Notes: generated by a model from the letters alone, not told the origin. Positions 46,585 to 56,244 are shown, counted from the stretch's first letter. The stretch: DNA of 64,000 bases from Verrucomicrobiota bacterium (GCA_027622665.1 JAQBYT010000005.1:96001-160000); one strand, 5' to 3'. Translations and numbers: made by a program.

Positions 46585-48186
46585 TCAACGATAGTAGCTG
46601 AATTTCTTCGGGTCGAATGCCTCTCTAACGGCCTCGCCGACGAAGGTGATCAGGATGAGCAACCCGACCAGCACCATGAAAGACGAGGTGACTAACCAAG
46701 GGGACGATAAATTGTCCAGGCCATCGCGAAGCAATTGACCCCAAGTAGCGTATTTTGCAGGCAACCCGAAACCTAGGTAGTCGAGCGAGGTCAAGGCGAG
46801 TATGAGGCTGGAAACGGAGAATGGGACCAAGGTCACTATGATGGCGACCGAGTTGGGCAATAAATGGCGAAAGAGAATCCGAGGCGTGGAAGCCCCGATG
46901 ACTCGACTGGCCGCGATGTAGTCTCTGGCCTTTTCCTTGAGGGCCGCCGTTCGCATCAGGTAGGTCATCCCCATCCAGCCGAATAGCAAAAGTATACCTA
47001 TGATAATCCATAGCCCGGCGGTTTCCTTAAGCCGTTCCGGGATGGCCGTACTGGCAATCATAACTACGAAGAGAAAGGGAATGTTGGACAGGATTTCGAT
47101 CAAGCGCTGGACGATTAAATCGAAGGCTCCGCCAAAAAAGCCCATCAGTAGCCCGATCGATATGCCCAAGGCATAAACTAACGGGATATAGACGATGGCC
47201 GCCTTGAAGTTTACCTGTAAACCGCCGAAGAGGTAGGCCAGCACGTCGTAACCTTTCGAGCTGGTGCCTAGGGCATGGGTTTGTTCGGCGCCAAAAGTGG
47301 GAGGAGATGGAGGAAAATGCACTTGGCGTAACTCCCCTGTGTCTTGGCCGAGGAAGGTCGCTAGATCACCCGCACCGTTCCATGACTCCGAATCTTTCAC
47401 CAATTCACCGGCGAGGTAAGCACCCCCATAGACTCGGATTCCGTCTCGATCCCACCCGTCCGCAGGCCCGTCGTTCCGTCCGTTTCGAAAGCGAAACCGC
47501 AAATGCATGCGTTCCGGTTGGGATGGATCATAGATTCTGGCCGCCAAGCCTGAAAAGGGTTTGCCCCCGTCCATCGCCAATCCGTTTGGAGCAACTTCCA
47601 ACTTGGTTGAAACTGCGGCAATGGTGTCACCCGTTGGAGCATAGGGGAGGAAGGGCATGACAACTTGATTGTCCCCACCCTCATCCTCGAATCTGTTCTG
47701 CAAGTCGCGGTAGTTCGGAGGGCCTTGACCTCCGTCGCCCTCGATTCCGAAGGCATGGCCTTTTTCAATCTCTCTGGTGAAGGCGGGGAAAGACCAGTTC
47801 TCATTATATTTTACGGCCAAGGCTTCATTCCCGACCAATAGATGGTCCAAAGAAGCCATCGCAGCTAGGGCAAAGATGAGGATGAGAGAGTAATAGCCGC
47901 GCTTGATCGTCTTGAACCGCTCGATCCTGCGCAGGGTCATGGGGGTGAAGCGAAAACCTTTGGCAAAGGTAAGTTCGATGAAGATCCCTATCCCGAGAAA
48001 CACGATAGTCGTCAACCAGCCAAACCACGGAAACGCATTTCCACTTTCCAAATCGATGTGCAGGAAGCCGATTTCACGGCTCAGGCTAAAGGGAAAGCGT
48101 ACCGTCGGCAATTCAATGGAAAGCATCTCGCCGAGAGCACCCAGTAGTGCCCCGAACAAGAAGAGTCTTCCAAAGATTCTTAGCAT
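46585..48186 (-). CDS. Peptide ABC transporter permease (YejE-like) with periplasmic insert
   Basis: RFKTIKRGYYSL, H.LGT, DYIAASRVIGAS EAA loop, LDYLGFGLP, GEAVREAFDP; ATG 48186. Confidence 0.88.
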   Translation of the reverse strand: MLRIFGRLFLFGALLGALGEMLSIELPTVRFPFSLSREIGFLHIDLESGNAFPWFGWLTTIVFLGIGIFIELTFAKGFRFTPMTLRRIERFKTIKRGYYSLILIFALAAMASLDHLLVGNEALAVKYNENWSFPAFTREIEKGHAFGIEGDGGQGPPNYRDLQNRFEDEGGDNQVVMPFLPYAPTGDTIAAVSTKLEVAPNGLAMDGGKPFSGLAARIYDPSQPERMHLRFRFRNGRNDGPADGWDRDGIRVYGGAYLAGELVKDSESWNGAGDLATFLGQDTGELRQVHFPPSPPTFGAEQTHALGTSSKGYDVLAYLFGGLQVNFKAAIVYIPLVYALGISIGLLMGFFGGAFDLIVQRLIEILSNIPFLFVVMIASTAIPERLKETAGLWIIIGILLLFGWMGMTYLMRTAALKEKARDYIAASRVIGASTPRILFRHLLPNSVAIIVTLVPFSVSSLILALTSLDYLGFGLPAKYATWGQLLRDGLDNLSSPWLVTSSFMVLVGLLILITFVGEAVREAFDPKKFSYYR

Positions 48187-48193
48187 AACTACC

Positions 48194-49543
48194 TCAGTTG
48201 AATTTAACCCGTGGGTCAACCATGGCTACGATCATGTCGGACAGGATGTTGCCCAGGACGAGCAGGAAGGCTGCGATGGTCAGGGTGCCCATGATCACGG
48301 TTTGGTCTCTTCCCAACAAGGCCTGGTACTGCAGGAGGCCGAATCCTTGAATGTCGAAAACGGATTCGATCAGTATGCTGCCGCTAACCAGGATAGTGAT
48401 CAGTTGCCCCAAGGTGGAAGCGATGGGAATGAAGGAATTGCGAAAGGCATGCTTGAATACCGCGCTGCGAAAAGAGACCCCTTTGGCCACCGCCGTCCTT
48501 ACGTAGTCGGCTGCCAGATTGTCCATCAAGTTGTTCTTCATCATCATGGTCAACCAAGCGAATCCGCCTACCACGTAACAAAGAAGAGGGAGGACGGTGT
48601 GATGGGCCAAGTCAACGAATTGCGCTCCGAGGCTCATGCTGTCGAAATTTGGGTCGGTCAGACCAAACAACGGAAACCATCCGCCCCTGGCTCCCAAGTA
48701 GACAAGCATGACGGCGCCCAAGGCAAAGCCGGGTATCGCATATCCTACGAAAATGAAGATGGAGGTTAGGTTGTCGATCGCGGTACGGTGTTTGATCGCT
48801 TTGATAATCCCCAGAGGCAAACAAATGCCATATGTGATTAGTGCCGTAAGTATACCGAAATAAAGGGCAACCGGGATGCGACCTTTGATCAACGTCCACA
48901 CGGGATCACCGAAATCCGTGGATCGACCGAGGTCGCCTTGGAGCAAACCGGCGAAATGGGTTTTGTAGATGATTGCCCGGTCATCGTAATTCTGAGGTGC
49001 TTTCGAGATGTCTTCGCCCGAGCGGCGAACCCATCGCTCCTTCCTGTCCTCAATCGTTTCGATGCGAATTTCCCAGTTTTCCTCGGCTATCGGTTTTCCA
49101 CTGTCCAAGTAGGTCGCTGAAATCACCTTTTCGCCCTCACGCAAGATCTTCGCCTGTCTCCCGCTCCCCTTCAGGAGCACCAAGGTCTCCTTTTTCGGAT
49201 CGGTCACAAGGTCCTCACCGACCATGTCTTTGCCCAATGGGCGAAACTCCGACTTGCTCAGCCTGCGTTCTCTGGGCATCGCCCCGAGCCATTGCAGATA
49301 AGCCTGAAGGATAGGTTTGTCGAAACCGTACTCCTCTTCCAGTTCCTCCACTTGCTCCTCGCTCATTCCTCCACCGATCTGACCGCTACCTGCTCCACCG
49401 CCCTCGGTTGCCTTCTGCGCTTCCTGCAAGGATCTTTCCATGGGACCTCCCGGGACAAAGCGTGTAATAGTGAATACGAGAAGGGTAACCCCAAGCAAAG
49501 TCGGTGGGATCAAGAGAAATCGGCGTATGAAATATTCACGCAT
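48194..49543 (-). CDS. Peptide ABC transporter permease (YejB-like) with periplasmic insert
   Basis: YFIRRFLLIPPTLLG, FVPGGP, GDLGRS, DYVRTAVAKG, DPRVKF. Confidence 0.9.
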   Translation of the reverse strand: MREYFIRRFLLIPPTLLGVTLLVFTITRFVPGGPMERSLQEAQKATEGGGAGSGQIGGGMSEEQVEELEEEYGFDKPILQAYLQWLGAMPRERRLSKSEFRPLGKDMVGEDLVTDPKKETLVLLKGSGRQAKILREGEKVISATYLDSGKPIAEENWEIRIETIEDRKERWVRRSGEDISKAPQNYDDRAIIYKTHFAGLLQGDLGRSTDFGDPVWTLIKGRIPVALYFGILTALITYGICLPLGIIKAIKHRTAIDNLTSIFIFVGYAIPGFALGAVMLVYLGARGGWFPLFGLTDPNFDSMSLGAQFVDLAHHTVLPLLCYVVGGFAWLTMMMKNNLMDNLAADYVRTAVAKGVSFRSAVFKHAFRNSFIPIASTLGQLITILVSGSILIESVFDIQGFGLLQYQALLGRDQTVIMGTLTIAAFLLVLGNILSDMIVAMVDPRVKFN

Positions 49544-49689
49544 GGGAGACGCGAATGTTATGACTTACCGTATGTTGAAATGTATCGATGACCGAAGGGT
49601 TAGGGCAAACTGTCCCTTTAAGCCAATCTTTTTCAGACTTAAATTTCATTTCCTTTTGCTTGCCAATACGCCTCTTGCGCTCACCTTTT

Positions 49690-51621
49690 GTGAACATCGA
49701 AGTAGAACGACAGAAGCATAAAAAAGAAAAACGCAGTTGGACATGGTCATGGGGTTTCCTTGCATGCTTGATACTGTGCTCATGTTCTGACGAACCCCCT
49801 GTCCAAAAAGCCTCACGGGACGGGATTCTAATTATGGGGAACACGGCCGAGCCCAAGGGACTGGATCCTCACATCGTAAGCGGTGTGCTGGAGAGCAATA
49901 TCATCCGGGCCCTTTTTGAGGGACTGGTTGAAGCTCATCCCTCCAAGGATGGCGTGGCCCTACCCGGGGTGGCGTCGAAGTGGTATCCCACCAATTCCGA
50001 TCGTCCCGACGAATGGATCTTCGAGCTTCGCAAGGATGCCCAATGGTCCGATGGCGCTCCTCTTACCGCAGATGACTTCCTCTTCGCTTTTCGTCGCTTG
50101 CTTACCCCTGACCTCGCTTCCGACTACTCCTTCATGCTTTACTACATTCGAGATGCGGAACCCTACCACAAGTCGCAGCGATCCTACCTCCTTAGCCGGG
50201 ACGACGCCAATTTCACCGACGAATGGTGGGCTTCCCTCAAGGAAGTCGACTTCGGCCCGAACGAAGAAGCAGACGAAGGAACCTTAAACTTCAAGGGACT
50301 CGATTTTCTCACCGCCGAGGAACTGAAGAAGCTCAGGGAGAAACCCGGACTTTTTGCTTGGCCCGAATCCGTACCCGCCCAAACCCGGATCACCCTCATC
50401 GCAAAAAACCTTTCATTCGCTGAAAGCAAAAAAGACTTGTGGAATCTCATCGACTTCGGGGCCACCGCTCCCGACAAGCACACCCTCAAGGTGAAGCTCA
50501 ATTCTCCCATCCCTTTCCTGCCCGAGATCACCAAGCACTATACTTGGTATCCCGTCCCCCGGCACGTGGTTCTCGAGCATGGTAAGATCGGAGACCGTTT
50601 CACCGACTGGACGAAACCCGGGAACCTCGTTGGAAACGGGCCTTTCATTCTCAAGTCTTGGCGCTTCAACGATCACATCGAGGTTGCTCGCAACCCACGC
50701 TATTGGGACAGGGAGAACGTCGGCCTGAACGGTATCCGCTATTTGCCCATCGCCAACCTCTACACCGAGGATCGCATGTATTACGACGGGCAAATGCACG
50801 TAACGTACACCATTGCGTCCGAGCTCATCGAGTACTCCCGAAAAAACTACCCCGAGCATGTTCGCAACGAACTTTATTTAGGCACTTACTTTATCCGCAC
50901 CAATGTCGCCCACGAGCCTTTTACCGATCCGCGAGTACGCCTCGCCTTCTCACTCTCCCTCAACCAAAAGTCCCTTATCGACAACGTTCTCAAGGGTGGA
51001 CAAAAACCTGCCGGCGGTCTGGTTCCACCCTTCGGCGAATATCCTGCCGCAGATGTCGTGACCTTCGATCCCGAGCTTGCCCGAAAGTTGCTTGCCGAAG
51101 CGGGGTATCCCGGCGGCAAGGGACTTCCCGACATCGAGTTCCTGACCACCGACAAAGAATCCTCCAAGGCCACGGCCGAGGCTTTGCAAGCCATGTGGAA
51201 GGAACATCTCGGGGCCACAATCAAGATCAAGCAAATGGAGTGGACCTCCTACATCACCTCCATGTTCGACAAGGACTACGACCTGGCCGCAGGGGGTTGG
51301 ATCGGTGATTACATGGACCCCCTTACCTTTCTCGACATGTGGATGAAGGACGCCGGCAACAATCGTACGGGTTGGCACAGCGAGGAATTTCAGAAAATCC
51401 TCGGCGAAGCTGCGGAGACGGGAGACCCCGCCGGCCGTTATGCTCTACTCGCCAAGGCCGAGGCTCTCTTTCTCAAGGAACGCCCAATCCTTCCCGTATA
51501 CTGGTATACGCGCAACTACCTGCTCCATCCGGACGTGAAAGGTTGGCATCCGCTCATCCTCGACAACCATCCCTACAAGTTCCTCCGCCTCGAACCGGGG
51601 TCCGAGGCAACGAAGGACTGA
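49690..51621 (+). CDS. oppA: Oligopeptide ABC transporter substrate-binding lipoprotein
   Basis: LCSC lipobox from GTG 49690 (ORF open from 49588); EPKGLDP, LFEGLV, WSDG.P.TA.DF, NGPF.L, WIGDY.DP..FL. Confidence 0.92.
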   Translation: MNIEVERQKHKKEKRSWTWSWGFLACLILCSCSDEPPVQKASRDGILIMGNTAEPKGLDPHIVSGVLESNIIRALFEGLVEAHPSKDGVALPGVASKWYPTNSDRPDEWIFELRKDAQWSDGAPLTADDFLFAFRRLLTPDLASDYSFMLYYIRDAEPYHKSQRSYLLSRDDANFTDEWWASLKEVDFGPNEEADEGTLNFKGLDFLTAEELKKLREKPGLFAWPESVPAQTRITLIAKNLSFAESKKDLWNLIDFGATAPDKHTLKVKLNSPIPFLPEITKHYTWYPVPRHVVLEHGKIGDRFTDWTKPGNLVGNGPFILKSWRFNDHIEVARNPRYWDRENVGLNGIRYLPIANLYTEDRMYYDGQMHVTYTIASELIEYSRKNYPEHVRNELYLGTYFIRTNVAHEPFTDPRVRLAFSLSLNQKSLIDNVLKGGQKPAGGLVPPFGEYPAADVVTFDPELARKLLAEAGYPGGKGLPDIEFLTTDKESSKATAEALQAMWKEHLGATIKIKQMEWTSYITSMFDKDYDLAAGGWIGDYMDPLTFLDMWMKDAGNNRTGWHSEEFQKILGEAAETGDPAGRYALLAKAEALFLKERPILPVYWYTRNYLLHPDVKGWHPLILDNHPYKFLRLEPGSEATKD

Positions 51622-51625
51622 CGCC

Positions 51626-52555
51626 GTGTTTCGCTTTCTCATAGGTCGTTTGCTTCAGGGATTACTCGTCCTTTTCGCACTTTATACCATCACCTTCTTT
51701 TTGGCCAAGGCCATGCCGGGCGAGCCCTTTACTTCGGAGAAAAACGTTTCTGCGGAGACCAAGGCCAACATCCGCAAGCTCTACGGCTTGGACAAGCCCC
51801 TCTGGGAACAGTACTACATTTATCCCAAGAACATCATTACGGAGGGTTCCTTTGGAATATCCACCAGCAAGGGGCGGCCGGTCCGTGATATCATCGAACA
51901 GTCCTTTCCCAATTCCCTCCTTCTCGGCCTATGCGCCCTTTGCTTCGCCGTTGGCATAGGAGTGCCCATCGGTGTGCTTTCCGCCGTCCGCAGGAACAGC
52001 TGGGTGGACTGGACCTGCATGGCTGTGGCCATGGTCGGCATCTGCGTACCCTCGTTCACCATCGGACCACTCCTGCAAATCTACGTCGCCACCCACGTCC
52101 CCGGATTGAAGGTGGCGGGGTGGGGGAGTCCGCAGGACGTTCTCTTGCCTGCCTTCACTCTGGGCCTCGTGTCCGCCGCCTATCTCGCGCGACTCACCCG
52201 AGGCGGCATTCTGGAAGTGCTTTCGCAGGACTTCGTCCGCACCGCCCGGGCTAAAGGCTTGTCTCCTGCCAGGGTCATCATCAAGCACTCCCTGCGCGGT
52301 GGTCTCATCCCCGCCGTCGCCTACCTCGGTCCCGCCTTCGCCGCCCTCATCAGCGGGTCCTTCATTGTGGAGACCATCTTTCAAGTGCCGGGAATGGGCC
52401 AGCACTTCGTCAACGCCGCCACCACCCGCGATGAGTTTCTCCTTCTCGGCGTCTCCCTCTTCTTTGGGTTTCTCATCGTGGTCATGAACCTTCTCGCCGA
52501 CATCCTAACCGGGCTCCTCGACCCCCGCGTGCGCATCGCGGGCAACGCCGACTGA
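51626..52555 (+). CDS. oppB: Oligopeptide ABC transporter permease
   Basis: MPGEPF, YGLDKP, DFVRTARAKGL, VETIF.VPGMG, LDPRV. Confidence 0.93.
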   Translation: MFRFLIGRLLQGLLVLFALYTITFFLAKAMPGEPFTSEKNVSAETKANIRKLYGLDKPLWEQYYIYPKNIITEGSFGISTSKGRPVRDIIEQSFPNSLLLGLCALCFAVGIGVPIGVLSAVRRNSWVDWTCMAVAMVGICVPSFTIGPLLQIYVATHVPGLKVAGWGSPQDVLLPAFTLGLVSAAYLARLTRGGILEVLSQDFVRTARAKGLSPARVIIKHSLRGGLIPAVAYLGPAFAALISGSFIVETIFQVPGMGQHFVNAATTRDEFLLLGVSLFFGFLIVVMNLLADILTGLLDPRVRIAGNAD

Positions 52556-52559
52556 CGCC

Positions 52560-53507
52560 ATGCCGAAAGAAACCGTCAGCGCATCCAAGCAAGGCTCCTC
52601 CGTCTGGAAGGACGCCCGCCAGCGCATGGCCAAAAACAAGTTCGCCATGGCCAGTCTGGGTGTGATTGCGCTCATGATTTTCTTCTGCTTCGTCTTCGCT
52701 TGGTTCTGTAAGGATCCAAATAAGGTCGATCTGGTCAACAAGTTCGCAGGCCCCTCGGGAGAGCATTGGTTCGGCACGGATGCGCTCGGGCGCGACCTCT
52801 TCGCCCGCATCCTCTACGGTGGACAGGTTTCCATTCTCGTGGGCTTGATCGCCACCGCCGTTTCCGTTGCCATAGGCATAGTCTATGGAGCGGTGTCCGG
52901 ATTCGTGGGAGGCAGGGTCGACGCCGTCATGATGCGCGTCGTGGACACCCTTCTCGCCATCCCCTTTCTCGTCCTCGTGATCGTCCTTCAGGCCACTCTC
53001 AGTAACTTCTCCGGAGACGCCACCAATTGGATTGTAGAGAGCTGGGGCTGGGACAAGGAGTTCACCGGGCGTCTTACCAATGTCGTACCCCTCTTCTTCG
53101 CCCTTGGCCTTTTCGGTTGGCTTACCCTTTCCCGAATCGTGCGTGCCCAGGTGCTCAGCATCAAGGAGCGCGAGTTCGTAGAGGCCGCCGTAGCCCTCGG
53201 CTACTCCAAGTCCCGCATCCTCTTCCGCCACGTCGTGCCCAACGTTCTCGGGCCCACCATCGTGTACTCCACCCTCACCGTGCCCGGCTTCATCATGTAC
53301 GAGGCCATCCTCTCCTTCCTCGGTCTGGGCGTGGAATCTCCCAATAGCTCTTGGGGCGTCCTTATCAAGGAGGGTGCGAACTTTCTTGAGACCGAGATCC
53401 AGCTCCTCCTACTGCCCGGCCTCTTCTTCTCCCTCACGCTCTTCTCTCTCAACTTCATCGGAGACGGTCTCCGCGACGCCCTCGACGTAAAGGCATCCAA
53501 AGACTGA
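52560..53507 (+). CDS. oppC: Oligopeptide ABC transporter permease
   Basis: HWFGTDALGRD, REFVEAA, EAILSFLGLG, GDGLRDALD. Confidence 0.93.
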   Translation: MPKETVSASKQGSSVWKDARQRMAKNKFAMASLGVIALMIFFCFVFAWFCKDPNKVDLVNKFAGPSGEHWFGTDALGRDLFARILYGGQVSILVGLIATAVSVAIGIVYGAVSGFVGGRVDAVMMRVVDTLLAIPFLVLVIVLQATLSNFSGDATNWIVESWGWDKEFTGRLTNVVPLFFALGLFGWLTLSRIVRAQVLSIKEREFVEAAVALGYSKSRILFRHVVPNVLGPTIVYSTLTVPGFIMYEAILSFLGLGVESPNSSWGVLIKEGANFLETEIQLLLLPGLFFSLTLFSLNFIGDGLRDALDVKASKD

Positions 53508-55264
53508 TGAGCCTCCTCGAGATCAAGAACCTTAAGACCTACTTCCACACCCGGGCGGGCACTACTCGGGCGGTGGACGACGTATCCTTTTCCATAGACA
53601 AGGGAGAGATCGTCGGCGTGGTCGGGGAATCCGGTTCGGGCAAGTCCGTCACCTGCCATACCATGCTCGGTCTACTGCCGTCGCCTCCCGCCAAGGTGGA
53701 AGGCGGCACGGTAACCTTCGACGGCGAGGAACTCCTTCACCTCCCGCCGGCCATCCTTCGGGCCATCCGGGGAAAGCGCATCTCCATGATCTTTCAGGAT
53801 CCCATGAGCTGCCTAAACCCCTACCTAACCATACTCGACCAAGTGGCCGAGCCCATCCTCATTCACGAGAACGTCTCCCGAGAGGAAGCCGAGCGCCGGG
53901 CCATCGAGATGATGAAGAAGGTAGGCATCCGCGACGCCGAGCAGCGAGCCCGTTCCCATCCCCACGAATTCTCCGGCGGCATGCGTCAGCGCGCCATGAT
54001 CGCCATGGCCCTCGTCACCAACCCCGATCTCCTCCTCGCCGACGAGCCCACTACCGCCCTCGACGTCACCGTGCAGGCCCGCATCCTGCAAATTCTCCGT
54101 GACCTGCGGGACGATCTCGGCGTCGCCGTCCTCTTCGTCACCCACGACCTCGGGGTCGTCGCCGACGTCGCGGACCGCGTCGTCGTCATGTACCGCGGCA
54201 AGGTCGTGGAGCAGGGCGACGTACTCTCCATTTTCGAGAACCCCTCGCACCCCTACGTCAAGGGGCTCCTAGCCTGCCGCCCCACCTTCGAGACCAAGTA
54301 CCGTGTCCTGCCCACCGTAGACGACTTCCTCGAGACCGAGGAAGCTCCCGATGGCTCCCTCACCTTGCGCGAACGACCGAACTCCGCCGAGCGCCTCGCC
54401 GAGCTGGAGAAGCAGGTGGATCGTAAACAACCCGCCGAGGAATCCTCCGTTCCTCTCCTCGAGGTCAAGGACCTCCGCGTTCACTTCACCTCCGGCGGCG
54501 GCTTTCTCGGCAAGCCTCGCGAGACCGTAAAGGCCGTGGACGGTGTCGACCTTTCCATCCCCAAAGGAAAGACACTCGGCCTCGTGGGAGAATCCGGCTG
54601 CGGCAAGACCACCATCGGCCGGGCTATTCTCCGCCTTGTTCCGCCCACTTCCGGTTCCGTCCGGTACGACGGAGCGGACCTCGGCTCCCTTTCCCCCGCC
54701 GCCATGCTCGCCTACCGCAAGCGCATGCAGATCATCTTTCAGGATCCCTACGCCTCCCTCAACCCCCGGCTCACCATCGAGCAGGCCCTCACCGAGCCCC
54801 TCGTCGTGCATCGCATCGGTTCAGGCTCCTCCGACCGTCGCGATCGCGTCGTATCGCTCCTGGAGGAAGTCGGCCTCTCCTCCGAACACCTTCTGCGCTA
54901 CCCCCACGAGTTCTCCGGCGGCCAGCGCCAGCGCCTCTGCGTGGCCCGGGCCCTAGCGGTGGAGCCCGAGTTCATCGTCTGCGACGAGTGCGTCTCCGCG
55001 ATGGACGTCTCCGTGCAGGCCCAAGTCCTCAACCTCCTCCGAGAACTGCAGGAAAGGCGAAACCTCACCTACCTCTTCATCTCCCACGATCTTTCCGTGG
55101 TCAAGTTCGTCTCCGATCACGTAGCCGTCATGCAGGCAGGCCGTATCGTGGAGACCGCCCCCGCCGAGGAACTCTATCGCAACCCGCGTGAGACCTACAC
55201 CCGGGAACTCCTCGAAGCCGTCCCAAAGGCAGATCTGGAAACCCTCCGCTCAAGAGGGAAATAA
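53507..55264 (+). CDS. Peptide ABC transporter ATP-binding protein with two fused NBDs
   Basis: Two Walker A ([16 protein letters not shown]) and two signatures (FSGGMRQR, FSGGQRQR); TGATG coupling to oppC. Confidence 0.93.
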   Translation: MSLLEIKNLKTYFHTRAGTTRAVDDVSFSIDKGEIVGVVGESGSGKSVTCHTMLGLLPSPPAKVEGGTVTFDGEELLHLPPAILRAIRGKRISMIFQDPMSCLNPYLTILDQVAEPILIHENVSREEAERRAIEMMKKVGIRDAEQRARSHPHEFSGGMRQRAMIAMALVTNPDLLLADEPTTALDVTVQARILQILRDLRDDLGVAVLFVTHDLGVVADVADRVVVMYRGKVVEQGDVLSIFENPSHPYVKGLLACRPTFETKYRVLPTVDDFLETEEAPDGSLTLRERPNSAERLAELEKQVDRKQPAEESSVPLLEVKDLRVHFTSGGGFLGKPRETVKAVDGVDLSIPKGKTLGLVGESGCGKTTIGRAILRLVPPTSGSVRYDGADLGSLSPAAMLAYRKRMQIIFQDPYASLNPRLTIEQALTEPLVVHRIGSGSSDRRDRVVSLLEEVGLSSEHLLRYPHEFSGGQRQRLCVARALAVEPEFIVCDECVSAMDVSVQAQVLNLLRELQERRNLTYLFISHDLSVVKFVSDHVAVMQAGRIVETAPAEELYRNPRETYTRELLEAVPKADLETLRSRGK

Positions 55265-55319
55265 CTTTTCCGTAAGGAGCCGGATCGCCGGGGTTTTGTC
55301 TTGGAACCCCTAGGGCTTC

Positions 55320-55614
55320 TCAATCTCTTCGCCTTCTACGTCTCGCTCGCTTGTAGGCTAGGTTCTTGTCACACTTGCCCACGGTGATTACATAGAACCG
55401 TGATTTTAGCGCCAACCACCTCGTAAACCAATTGATAGCCCGAGGACCGAAGCTTTATCTTGTAGTGATTCTCGAAGCCGCGCAGACGATCCGCGGGAAC
55501 GATCGGCGAGACCAGTCTCTCCACCAACTTCTTCTTGAATTGCTTCCGTATGGTGGAGCCTAGCTTTTCCCATTCCTTCCATGCGCTGGGCAGAAATTTC
55601 AGCTTATAGCTCAT
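55320..55614 (-). pseudogene. relE: RelE/StbE family toxin, frameshifted and catalytically degenerate
   Basis: KEWEKLGSTIR...YKIKLRSSGY; extra base at ~55396 gives stop at 55369; shifted frame continues YVITVGKCDKNLAYKRA to stop at 55320. Confidence 0.85.
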
Positions 55615-55855
55615 CCGGGCTCACTTCCTTGGCAGCCCCCTTTTCCCCTTTGCGCTCTTGCACGATTTCCGCCAACCGCAAATCGGCAAGGGCTTCCATC
55701 ATCTCCTCGTAACGCTCGGCCGGCACCAAGTACGCCGTCGGCTTGTTGTGGTTCAGGATGGCGATCGCCTCCCCCTCGGCCTCTTCCAGCAAACGGCTCG
55801 GATTGCGCTTCAAGGCCGATACGCTGGCCGCGAATGTACTTAATACGGTATCCAT
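55604..55855 (-). CDS. Phd/YefM family antitoxin (StbD/YafN-like)
   Basis: ASVSALKRNP, AIAILNHNKPTAYLVP..YE, C-terminal VSPDEL overlapping the toxin start. Confidence 0.92.
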   Translation of the reverse strand: MDTVLSTFAASVSALKRNPSRLLEEAEGEAIAILNHNKPTAYLVPAERYEEMMEALADLRLAEIVQERKGEKGAAKEVSPDEL

Positions 55856-55893
55856 AATAGCTCTAAAATAAGGTCTTTATTTAGTGTGCACAA
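55856..55893 (-). promoter_or_regulatory. Putative sigma70 promoter/operator of the antitoxin-relE operon
   Basis: Minus strand TTGTGC-17 nt-TATTTT-9 nt-ATG; imperfect palindrome TAAAATAAGGTCTTTATTTA (55864-55883) overlaps it. Confidence 0.5.
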
Positions 55894-55939
55894 TTCCATT
55901 TTTTGATATTGCCCGGCGTTGGCTCCTTGCTCTCCCGCA

Positions 55940-56198
55940 CTTTTGTCATTGCGAGCTCGTTAGAGCGTGGCAATCCACACACTCTTGTCATTGCGAGTCA
56001 CAAGGTGACGTGGCAATACAGTCAGAGGCGTTATGGGGGGTGCCGGCTGATACGGTGGGATGCCCAAGCGTCCACTGGATTGCCGCGTCGCCCCATTCGG
56101 GTCTCCTCGCAATGACAATGCAAAAACTAGTGGACTTCCCGATCGTTCCGCTGGATTGTATCGTCGGGACTGGATGACCTTCCTCGCAAGGACAAAAG
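55940..56198. repeat. Nested palindromic REP/RPE/MITE-like element
   Basis: Two left arms TTGTCATTGCGAG...CGTGGCAAT (55943, 55985) and two right arms GGATTG...CGTCG...CTCGCAA(T/G)GACAA (ending 56118, 56195). Confidence 0.85.
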
Positions 56199-56244
56199 GC
56201 GCTGGGGAAGATACCTTTCGAGATCCACCGAAGTTTAAACCTCC

